Source: Syntrophales bacterium (GTDB lineage Bacteria; Desulfobacterota; Syntrophia; Syntrophales; UBA2210). From it: 64,000 nucleotides of DNA. Each line of letters opens with the position of its first letter. The first letter of the stretch is position 1. Under the pieces are notes generated by a model. It was not told the origin of the DNA, did not search any database, and saw nothing but the letters and a program-made list of their open reading frames with translations. The DNA is taken from positions 2,592,001 to 2,656,000 of the forward strand of contig CAXXKT010000001.1 in the NCBI GenBank assembly GCA_963662405.2, given 5' to 3'. Shown here piece by piece: positions 44,685 to 52,906 of the stretch. Both the position numbers and the translations under genes were made by a program.

Positions 44685-45699
44685 AGATCATTTTCGCAGT
44701 GTCAATGTTCCGTTGGTTACCTGTTGCGATAAGATCTGCATAGATAAGCATTGGGTGTACGAGATCTTTGTATTCGATGTTTTCATTATAGTCCCAAAAC
44801 CGGTTGAGAATTTGAACTTTACCAGTCGGATCCTTTTTAAGCTTACATTCAAATAATAGATGGTTGAGATATTGAGTATTTGTATAGATCGTAATTATTT
44901 CAGGATGGAGATACTGTGTCAACTTCGCTGCGGCGACCTCTCCACCCCATTGAACCTTCAAATAATCCAATTTTCTTTGTTGCCACCAATTGTCGCCCTC
45001 ACCCCTGTAACATCCCAGAATCTGTTTGGGCTTTAATTGTTCTGGGTATGCCGTGACCCACCGTTGAAATAAAATATTTTTCTGAATAAGTTTGTAACCT
45101 TTTTTCCCCATACCTATTAGAAAACCTAGGTTCCTTAGATCCCTCATAAACCAACCAACTGTTCCAAGGGCCACTTTTGCTCTCGCAGCAATTTCTCGAA
45201 ATGGTCTATTCTCTAGTCCGGGGTTACACAGCAAAGCATAAATTATTTTAAGGCCTGTGGGTTTGAAAGCCCTATTGGTTGGCGCCTCTCCCGGAATCTC
45301 CGGAGGCTTGTTACCTTTTACAAAAATATATATTGGTGGTTGGTTTATGAATGCATTGCCAGCCGTATCGATGAATTCTATATCAGCTTTCAATAGCTCT
45401 TGTGCCGCAAAGGGATTTATATGCTTTGCTACTAATAAAAGTGGATGGGGTAATTCTTGTTTGTACATGAGCAATAATAGGATATTTGCCTTTGTGAAGG
45501 CATTTTTAATCTCAGCACAATATCTGAACTTTTTCCCATTTATTTGAACATCTAGCTCCATGTCCGGTTGAAAATCGACGTTGTAATGGGGGTGTTCAGT
45601 CAAAAAATTGACTTTTAACTGCACGAGGGTATTCTTCCTAAATGCTTCGGCGGCAAGTTCAAGGAGCTCTTTCTGTCTATTAATATTTATATCAGGCAT
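44647..45699 (-). CDS. AbiEi-like antitoxin / transcriptional regulator
   Basis: FIDTAGNA, wHTH REIAARAKVALGTV, WGGEVAA, LIYADL; overlaps the toxin gene. Confidence 0.8.
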   Translation of the reverse strand: MPDININRQKELLELAAEAFRKNTLVQLKVNFLTEHPHYNVDFQPDMELDVQINGKKFRYCAEIKNAFTKANILLLLMYKQELPHPLLLVAKHINPFAAQELLKADIEFIDTAGNAFINQPPIYIFVKGNKPPEIPGEAPTNRAFKPTGLKIIYALLCNPGLENRPFREIAARAKVALGTVGWFMRDLRNLGFLIGMGKKGYKLIQKNILFQRWVTAYPEQLKPKQILGCYRGEGDNWWQQRKLDYLKVQWGGEVAAAKLTQYLHPEIITIYTNTQYLNHLLFECKLKKDPTGKVQILNRFWDYNENIEYKDLVHPMLIYADLIATGNQRNIDTAKMIYEKYIVQFIRED

Positions 45700-45720
45700 G
45701 GGATGTTCACGCTTTTTATT

Positions 45721-45817
45721 TGTTCATAAAATGTGAACATAAGAAATATTTGAACAAATGTCAATATGTTTATTTTTGAATTGTGCATCTTTTTGTTACG
45801 TTCATATAAAGTGAACA
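45721..45817 (-). promoter_or_regulatory. AbiE operon promoter with two palindromic operators
   Basis: TTGACA-N17-TATGTT (45764 to 45736); GTTCA-N7-TGAAC at 45722-45738 and 45800-45816. Confidence 0.65.
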
Positions 45818-45880
45818 TACTTGAAAATTGAACACCAATGAGATGTTCGCATCTAAAGCAATGGGACCAAACTTTATTTT

Positions 45881-46096
45881 TTATATTTCATTCTGTCCTA
45901 GAAGCTGCGCCAAAGATAACCCGAAGCAATTTGAGATAAACACCATTCTTTTTTTTGCCTTGTCCAATTCTTCCCTATTCTCAACCCAGTTTACCAGCTC
46001 ATTCCAGGCTTCAGCACTTTTCTGCAAAGAATAAAGCTGAATATTTTGATCACTAACCGCAACTGACGGAGATCCAAATTTGCAATAATGAACCAT
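45881..46096 (-). pseudogene. Short, probably truncated hypothetical gene
   Basis: Good RBS GGAGG; 71 aa ending abruptly in AT-rich DNA. Confidence 0.35.
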
Positions 46097-46142
46097 TTAT
46101 TCCTATGCCTCCGTTAATCGATCCTTCGGCTGGTCACAACGC

Positions 46143-49100
46143 TCAGCCCCGATAAAGCACTCCGATAATAGCTCGCGCGCTTGTTACGCTTTGGAACCCT
46201 TTGTGCGGCTTGCCGACAGATAGAATTTGCGAGGACCCGAGACCGCCGATGCTCTCGAATTGCATCAAGTCAGCAAGTTCCCCGGAAAGTACGGCACCCA
46301 CACGCTTGAATATGCCTGACCCGTCATCAAGATTCAGTGCGACAAGTGCATCTTTACGCCGGCATAGGTCGCTAAGCTCGATGGGACTGCCGCCGAGCAC
46401 AACCTGCTTTGCAAGCGCGAGGGGAACCGCGCTGTCGTCGCGCACGCGGAAGGCAACCTCGACGCGCCTCAAGACATTGTCCACATCAACCCGCACCGCC
46501 TCATCCTGTCCCGGTGGGACCAAAAGGGAGTGGTCGAAAATGATTCCAACGACTTGGTGGATGGCAACGTCGTTCTCGGGGAAAAAGATCGACTTTGGGG
46601 TTCTCGTGCGGGGATCGGGGACTTCCGCCGTGAGGCCAATGATACTGGCGTTCACATCACGCACCAAGCGGCGCGCGTACACGGTGCTGCCATGCCGGGC
46701 GATGACGAGTGCCCGATCAGTTACGGGTCCAGGTAGGGATTCGACTATTGCAAGTGCACCGCCAGGTGCGGCAAATCCAAAATTGGGTCGGCGGAGATAA
46801 TAGACGACGGTGTTCTCGAGAAGGTGAGGATCAAGGCGTTCCAGAGGTTCTTGTGATTCATCCGAAGGCGCGCGCTGCGTAAACGCGGCAAGATCTGGAC
46901 AGATCACGACGTCCAGCGCGGGATGGGGCATAGGTGTAAGTGCGGGCGGTGCATCGGTCGCAGACTGATCCTTGGGTGTGTCCCTTCGTCGCCAGCGATA
47001 GCATTCCATGTACATTTTTTCGACGAGTTTGAGGAGTTCTTCCAATTCGTTGGCGCACAGCGCCACCTCGGCGGCCCTGATCTCTTGACGCCGACCATGA
47101 TGCGCCTTGTTCATGAGTGCGAGCACCGGCGATCGGTCGGCGAGCGCTGGATGCTCGACGAAGTCGCTGAATACATGCGCACTAAACATTCCCCGCGGAC
47201 CAGCCGTTGCTTCCTGTCGAAGGCGCTGCAAAAAATCCGAAAGTGTCGGATTCGGATGAGCGATCGCCCACGCTGCATGAGCCGGATCATCAAACATGTC
47301 TCCGAGCTTGTCCTCAAAGAAGACCCGACAGCCGTCGGCGAAGTCGCGTGCAGGCTCCTCCGCATTTCGGTCCACGTCGAATCGAGCCTTTCGCCGTTCG
47401 ATGACCGGGAACGGTGGCGAGGTTCGGACTGCAGGCTGCTGGCGCGTCGCCGGATGTACTTCTAAGTGTTCTGGTCCATTGGGGACCTGAAGGCGGGAGA
47501 CGTACCCACAAAATCTTGGATCATATGAGGTAACGATCAATTGGGCGTTGGCGGCTACCAGTGCGGTAAATGAGGCCGCGAGGCGTTCACGGTTTTCGTC
47601 GTCGAGCAGTTCCTGAGGGTCGTCTAAGACCAAGGTCGTCAAGCCACCACGTTCTCTCAACACGTACACCCAGAATGCGAGAAAGAACGCGACCAGGCTA
47701 GCGCGAAGAGCTGAAGCGTTGACGACATGTTGAGCAGGCGCCGAGATGCCACCCGCCTGTACGACAAGGTCTAACTCGCCCTTGCGGCCCAGCGCGGTGT
47801 CGACCAACTCGTGTGCGGTGTCAGGAAACGCGCCGAGATAAATCCTGGTACGCCAGTCAGCTGCATCCTCGCGCAGGGTTTTGCGAAGCTGATCAACCTG
47901 ATCGTCGGCAAATTGTCCCAAACTGGCGAGATTCGTGAGCGCCGCGCTCGCGATAGTGTATTCGCTTAGGCGCTGTTCAGTGGTCCGGCGTGCCTTCAGA
48001 TGATCCTTGAGCCGGCCACACTGGATAAGCGCGTCGGAGATGGGCTGTGCGCCTTTTACCGTTGCTTCAAGGTCAAGCAACTTTCCGGTGAGCGTGATCT
48101 TTTCGTTCGGCTCATCCTTCTTCGGCCTACTCCCAAGCACGCAGGCAATGATGTTATGTACGAGGGTGTCATTGGCCTGGCGCCATCGTGCAAACCGGAT
48201 TGCGCAGTCGAGGCGTTTCAGAGTCTCGCCAAGCGCATCGCCTCCTTTTGGAAGCACAATGTCGGTTGGCTCGATCAGCGCCGAGCGCTCTTTGACGACA
48301 TCATCAAAGGCGGACGCAGTTTGCATCTTCAGATCACCCAACACTCCCCGAAACGGATCGAAGGCAAAGAGCTCATCCACGATCGCCGCGCGAAGCAAGT
48401 CGCACGGGTGGGCCGGCAGGTCGGTGGCGGCCTCTGTGAGAAGCGGTTCCGGTAGACTTCGCATGAGGTCACCCTGCGCATTATTGGCCCATTGGCTAAG
48501 CGTTTGTGACAGCAACGCCGCGTTCGAAGCCGCCTCGTGCATGTGTGTTTTTACCGGCTTACCGGTCACGGGATCGATCGCGTGTTCGAGACTGCCGCCG
48601 CAGACGAGGCATATATTCTCCTTGCGTTGTGGGTCGGGATGATCCGTGATCCATGCAACGATACGCGCATAGAGACGGGTTCTCGCGGCCGTTGACGGAT
48701 CCTTCGACAAAGCATCAAGGGTTTTTGCTTCCGCGAGAATAGCCTGAATCTTGGTTTCTGACGCATTGAGTTGCTCGTGCTTGAGCTTGCGCAGAGCATT
48801 AATTCTGGCGGCTGAGATGAGAACCTGTGGTTGGCTTACGCGTTCAAGTGCCCCGCCAATATTCTTCTCCAGATCGGAAAGGAGGGCGGGATTGACGGGG
48901 TCGAATCGTTCACCCAGAATGTCGCGTGCGGATTTAAATGCATTGGCCTTCGCGGCATCGAAGTGTTTGGTGATCGCATCGAGGGTTTTTTCGATCTCCT
49001 TATCATTGGACGGTTGGGGCACAGCTTGCCCCGGTTTCAGGCTTGGATGCGCCAACAAAATCTTTTCGAGGTCACTCTTTGAGGTAGTATAGTCGCGGTC

Positions 49101-50054
49101 CGCTCGCGCGCATTCGACCGTTTTGGCCTTTATGAACTCTTTGTCGATCTTGGTCTTTGCCCGCCGCGCGTGCGCGGCGAGATCGACGAGGGCGGAAAGG
49201 CCCGTGAGCTGCGAAACGGCACGACCCAATTCAGATTCCGATCCGACTTTGATTAGTGGAAGAAGCCCCGGCATAACGGTTCCGATGCGCAGTGCGATCG
49301 GATCAACACCGAGGGCCGACAGGTCAGGCTGCGTTTCCTTCAGCTTCCCCTGCGACGACCGGCTCAGGCTGCGGCGGATAATTGGGAGTTCTGTTCCAGT
49401 CTCATCAGTGAACGTCAGTTCCACCCATGTGTCGGCAAGGACACATGCCTGATCGGGGCGATACTCCTCCAGATTCGGCAGCGGCGTGAGCGGCGATAGT
49501 TTATGCACCGTGCGTTCATCACCCCCGTCTGCTGCGGTAACCCAGCACTCGAAGTCTTCTGCAGCCTCGGGTTCACGTTGCGGACGCAGCATTTCCCCTG
49601 TCAGGGTCCAAATGATCGCGTTCAGCAGAGATGTCTTCCCCGAGCCGTTCCTGCCTTCGAAGAGCGTAAGCGGCGAAGTGAATTCGTGGACATAGTTTGG
49701 AGGCGGGGCGGCAGGCGTCCCGAATTTATGAAGGCCAGCGAACCTGTATGCCTCCAGCTTCTTCAGCTTCAAGTGCCTCCACTTGGCGTTTGCCGGTCGT
49801 GCGGTCAATGCTGATAATGCGGGCGGTGCCAGAAGAATGGCATTGACCATGTCTTCGCCGATCGCCGCACTGACGTTGGCAGTCCACACACCAGCGCCTT
49901 TCTTGCGGTACCATTCGAGTGCACTGCGCGTCCGTTCGTCCGGTAAAACAAAAAGCTCCCCTGTAGCCGTCTCAACCGATCTGCCACTAACAAGGTCGGC
50001 GATTAGCGAATCAAGTGTATGTAAATGCAAGGATCGTGATTCAGATTCGGGCAC
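46143..50054 (-). CDS. Rad50/RloC-like ABC ATPase with HEPN-like and tandem S24-like C-terminal domains
   Basis: GRNGSGKTS, coiled coil with central CLVC, LVLDDP, CRVFFE...MNKAHH, FRVRDDS...IFKRV; GTG start with GGAGG RBS. Confidence 0.75.
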   Translation of the reverse strand: MPESESRSLHLHTLDSLIADLVSGRSVETATGELFVLPDERTRSALEWYRKKGAGVWTANVSAAIGEDMVNAILLAPPALSALTARPANAKWRHLKLKKLEAYRFAGLHKFGTPAAPPPNYVHEFTSPLTLFEGRNGSGKTSLLNAIIWTLTGEMLRPQREPEAAEDFECWVTAADGGDERTVHKLSPLTPLPNLEEYRPDQACVLADTWVELTFTDETGTELPIIRRSLSRSSQGKLKETQPDLSALGVDPIALRIGTVMPGLLPLIKVGSESELGRAVSQLTGLSALVDLAAHARRAKTKIDKEFIKAKTVECARADRDYTTSKSDLEKILLAHPSLKPGQAVPQPSNDKEIEKTLDAITKHFDAAKANAFKSARDILGERFDPVNPALLSDLEKNIGGALERVSQPQVLISAARINALRKLKHEQLNASETKIQAILAEAKTLDALSKDPSTAARTRLYARIVAWITDHPDPQRKENICLVCGGSLEHAIDPVTGKPVKTHMHEAASNAALLSQTLSQWANNAQGDLMRSLPEPLLTEAATDLPAHPCDLLRAAIVDELFAFDPFRGVLGDLKMQTASAFDDVVKERSALIEPTDIVLPKGGDALGETLKRLDCAIRFARWRQANDTLVHNIIACVLGSRPKKDEPNEKITLTGKLLDLEATVKGAQPISDALIQCGRLKDHLKARRTTEQRLSEYTIASAALTNLASLGQFADDQVDQLRKTLREDAADWRTRIYLGAFPDTAHELVDTALGRKGELDLVVQAGGISAPAQHVVNASALRASLVAFFLAFWVYVLRERGGLTTLVLDDPQELLDDENRERLAASFTALVAANAQLIVTSYDPRFCGYVSRLQVPNGPEHLEVHPATRQQPAVRTSPPFPVIERRKARFDVDRNAEEPARDFADGCRVFFEDKLGDMFDDPAHAAWAIAHPNPTLSDFLQRLRQEATAGPRGMFSAHVFSDFVEHPALADRSPVLALMNKAHHGRRQEIRAAEVALCANELEELLKLVEKMYMECYRWRRRDTPKDQSATDAPPALTPMPHPALDVVICPDLAAFTQRAPSDESQEPLERLDPHLLENTVVYYLRRPNFGFAAPGGALAIVESLPGPVTDRALVIARHGSTVYARRLVRDVNASIIGLTAEVPDPRTRTPKSIFFPENDVAIHQVVGIIFDHSLLVPPGQDEAVRVDVDNVLRRVEVAFRVRDDSAVPLALAKQVVLGGSPIELSDLCRRKDALVALNLDDGSGIFKRVGAVLSGELADLMQFESIGGLGSSQILSVGKPHKGFQSVTSARAIIGVLYRG

Positions 50055-50369
50055 GCAGCCTCCTTCAAGGTGGAAAAATGCGGGACCAGAACGGAGAACA
50101 AACGAAACTTTCGACAGCTACGGCTTGGAAGCTACCTCTCTTTTTGAAGCCTGTCAATCATTTAGTACAGGGAGAAGGGCGCAGCGAAACACGAGCTCTG
50201 CCCCTGCTGCACCAAATCTCACGCGTTGCACCTTGTCATCACCATCGAGTGCGCCGAGAGCTCACCGATTGTTTATTCGAAGTCTATAAGAAGGATGGAT
50301 GCGAATAAATAGTATCTTTCAAACCATACTCATCAGCCATGATTAATTGAATGGTAATGTTACCGATTG

Positions 50370-50600
50370 TTGACTTCACCTACCTGCTCAGAACAATCCC
50401 AAAAGAAAATCGATTATTACCATTCGAAAGTCTCGACGGAAAAGTTCTTGACACGACAGCATTATGGAGCTAGTGGTTTATATGGTTTATCGGTCTTGAC
50501 TGCTTTGTATATTTTTGTGAGCAGCTATAACCTGGAGGGGATTATGGCCTGATCATCAAAGCCCTGTTTCTCAAAAAGAGATGGGGCTTTTGTTTTTTGT
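50370..50600 (+). repeat. Dispersed non-coding module, copy 2 (5'-truncated)
   Basis: TTGACA 50448, TAGTGG 50471, GGAGGGG..ATGGCCTGA 50544-50552, terminator to ~50598. Confidence 0.8.
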
Positions 50601-50750
50601 GAGCAGCCCGGGAGAATATTGCAGTCACCAAGACAAAAAAGGGTATTATACAATTTCTGTATAATACCCCCTCATAAATTGAAGTGCTCTTTTTATATGT
50701 ACGTATGACAATGGCTTGCGATTGCACCCTTAATATGTTTTCGAGGGATC

Positions 50751-50812
50751 TTATACAGATCTACTAGCTGTGTTTCGTTTTTATACAGAAAACTGTCTAT
50801 TTAATGTTAGCC
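50751..50812 (+). other. attI-like cassette insertion site
   Basis: GTTAGCC at 50806 is complementary to GGCTAAC of the next attC; TTATACAGA direct repeats at 50751 and 50781. Confidence 0.45.
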
Positions 50813-50827
50813 AGCAGAGGATAGTTC

Positions 50828-51496
50828 GTGGAAGACATACTCAGCGATCAAGCACTGAAAACAATCCGTGATCGGTACTACGCCGGAGTCACCGCCGCTG
50901 AACTTGGCTTTGACTTCAGCAAAGGTGACGAAGATTCGCTCACTGGTGCGCTAGGACAAGCGCTTCTCACGCCATCCACATTGGTTACGACTAACGCCGA
51001 TACGCAATTTCGATACGCCATTTATCACTACAAGTTGCGCGGACGTGGTCCGAACGCTCCAGAAGCGGAATTAGGGGCAGACGGTATATTCCAGATTGAA
51101 GTCACTGATCGTGATGGAAAGCTGCTCCGCCGAAAAGGGCTTCTATTTCAATCAAAGAAAGAATGGACTGGAAAGGACTCTCTCTTAGGCAAGCAAGCGA
51201 AAAAGATGGCTAAAAAACCAGGGGCAGGTATCGTGATCGATTTTGGCCCGCAAGGCTACAATACATGTCCAGCAAAACTTGCAGCCCACGCAGAGGGTCA
51301 AAGGCATGATATCGATAAAAGGGAGTTTACGAGGCTGGCAAAGACTCTAGGTGACGAATTCGTTCGGTGTCGTGTTGGAGTCGAAGGGCTTTGGTACGAT
51401 CCCGACAGGGAACTTCTTATTGCTCCAGACTCTGATGAACCCGGCATGCACGTCATCGACGCTCGAGTTCAACGCCTAAGCGACCGAATTGGCTAA
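50828..51496 (+). CDS. Cassette gene, putative PD-(D/E)XK-fold nuclease
   Basis: DEDSLT...E..LGAD...KGLLFQSKK motif order; stop lies inside attC R''. Confidence 0.55.
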   Translation: MEDILSDQALKTIRDRYYAGVTAAELGFDFSKGDEDSLTGALGQALLTPSTLVTTNADTQFRYAIYHYKLRGRGPNAPEAELGADGIFQIEVTDRDGKLLRRKGLLFQSKKEWTGKDSLLGKQAKKMAKKPGAGIVIDFGPQGYNTCPAKLAAHAEGQRHDIDKREFTRLAKTLGDEFVRCRVGVEGLWYDPDRELLIAPDSDEPGMHVIDARVQRLSDRIG

Positions 51497-51547
51497 CAAG
51501 CAAATCCAGCGGACGGCTTTCAGCCGGCACTGATCCGTACGTTATGT
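51491..51547 (+). other. Integron attC site
   Basis: GGCTAAC-AAGCA-AATCCAGCGGACGGC-TTTCA-GCCG..CTGATC-CGTAC-GTTATGT. Confidence 0.8.
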
Positions 51548-51557
51548 GGGAGAACCA

Positions 51558-52097
51558 ATGAAGACGAGATTGCTTTCTTTTATTAATAAACCTTGGTGGA
51601 GTTTTGTCGGATGTGCTTTGGCAATCTTTGCCTTCTTTGGGATTAATAGCGGCAATTTATCTGAAACATTCGGAAAATATGAATGGATGATAAGTGCCTC
51701 TAAAGGGTCACTAATTATTGGAGCCTTTCTATTTTCGATTCATGCTTATATTAGGGCAGAGAAAAATAGAAAAAACTTAATCCAAATCAAATCATCGACT
51801 TACGATGAAGTTTATAAAAAGTTCTCAGACACAATAAATTATGCAGTTGGAAGATACAAGGGGTATAAAGACAAGTTGGATCCTGACAATAGAAAGTATA
51901 CCACTGTTGGTGTCCATGAAATGATAAATGAAGTTAAAAGTGCTAGATTACAGCTTCTCTCAATTTGCGGTGATAATTTGAGATCTATATTATTGAATGA
52001 AGGAACAGACTGGCTAGATGATATAGATAAATTTGGGAGTGTCGCTCCTAACATTATTGAAAAGCTAGCTAAAAATGCATACAAAGATAGAGAATAA
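51558..52097 (+). CDS. Cassette gene, hypothetical 2-TM membrane protein
   Basis: Two N-terminal hydrophobic helices and a soluble helical tail; AT-rich; fills the space between two attC sites. Confidence 0.7.
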   Translation: MKTRLLSFINKPWWSFVGCALAIFAFFGINSGNLSETFGKYEWMISASKGSLIIGAFLFSIHAYIRAEKNRKNLIQIKSSTYDEVYKKFSDTINYAVGRYKGYKDKLDPDNRKYTTVGVHEMINEVKSARLQLLSICGDNLRSILLNEGTDWLDDIDKFGSVAPNIIEKLAKNAYKDRE

Positions 52098-52105
52098 TAA
52101 TCATG

Positions 52106-52165
52106 TTATAACAAATCTCTCTAAGAGAACGGCCTGAACGGCCGCCCTTCAGCTTCTCGTTAATG
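52106..52165 (+). other. Integron attC site
   Basis: TTATAAC-AAATC-TCTCTAAGAGAACGGCC-TGAAC-GGCCGCCCTTCAGCT-TCTC-GTTAATG. Confidence 0.72.
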
Positions 52166-52800
52166 ATTCCAGAATGATCTTTGCAATTGCTTCAATATTA
52201 ACACTCTTTGCAGAATACCCCGCGGCTTGCCGAGGGGATGAATGCATGCCTTGCCCAGGGGGTTATAAGGGGGAGCGGAGCGTCCCCCTTATCCACAGAG
52301 GCCCTTGTGTGACAACATGATATAAGACTGTCATGACGATTCAGCGAACGAGTCATGCGGTCTACGACACGAGTTACCATCTGGTATGGTGTCCGAAGTA
52401 CCGTAAGAAGGTTTTTGAGCGAGCGGATCTTCGGGAACGAGCGGGACAGCTCATTCGAGAGATCAGCGAGGATTATGGATTTGACGTGATCGAGATGGAA
52501 ATATTTATTTTATCTGTTTCAGGAAGAATCGCGCAGCAAAAGTATTTCTTGGACACTCCTGCGGCGATCCACCCACTCTTCACCTACGAGTGCTCATAAT
52601 AATCCCAGGAGAAAATCGATTATTACTGATTGGAAGTCTCACGGTAAAATCTCTTGACAATACATCATCATAGCGTTAGCTAAGTAGCTGATTTGATCTT
52701 TACGTTTTTTCTGCCTGTGAACAGCTATAACCGGAGGGGATTATGGTCTGATCATCAAAGCCCTGTTTCTTATCAAACGAGAGATAGGGCTTTTGTTTTG
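52159..52800 (+). repeat. Dispersed non-coding module, copy 3 (contains IS200 fragment)
   Basis: Starts at attC GTT; CAGGAAGAAT.GCGCAGCAAAA 52520, TTGACA 52654, ATGGTCTGA 52743-52751, terminator to 52800. Confidence 0.8.
52200..52500 (+). pseudogene. tnpA: IS200/IS605 left end plus truncated Y1 transposase
   Basis: End hairpin CCCCGCGGCTTGCCGAGGGG; ORF from 52333 with HAVYD..YHLVWCPKYRK breaks off before the HUH motif. Confidence 0.85.
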
Positions 52801-52906
52801 TTGGCGGGAAGGGATGTGAAAAAGAATAGCAAAAGAAATTAAATTGGGAAGTGTTTCTAGTTTTTATGATGGGGTGGGTGTCATTCTAGATATTTAAGGA
52901 AAAATA

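Noticed and set aside
52743..52800. Selenocysteine read-through of the minigene TGA with a SECIS hairpin
   Set aside because: The read-through frame is short and not conserved between copies; the hairpin has a terminator-type T-tract.
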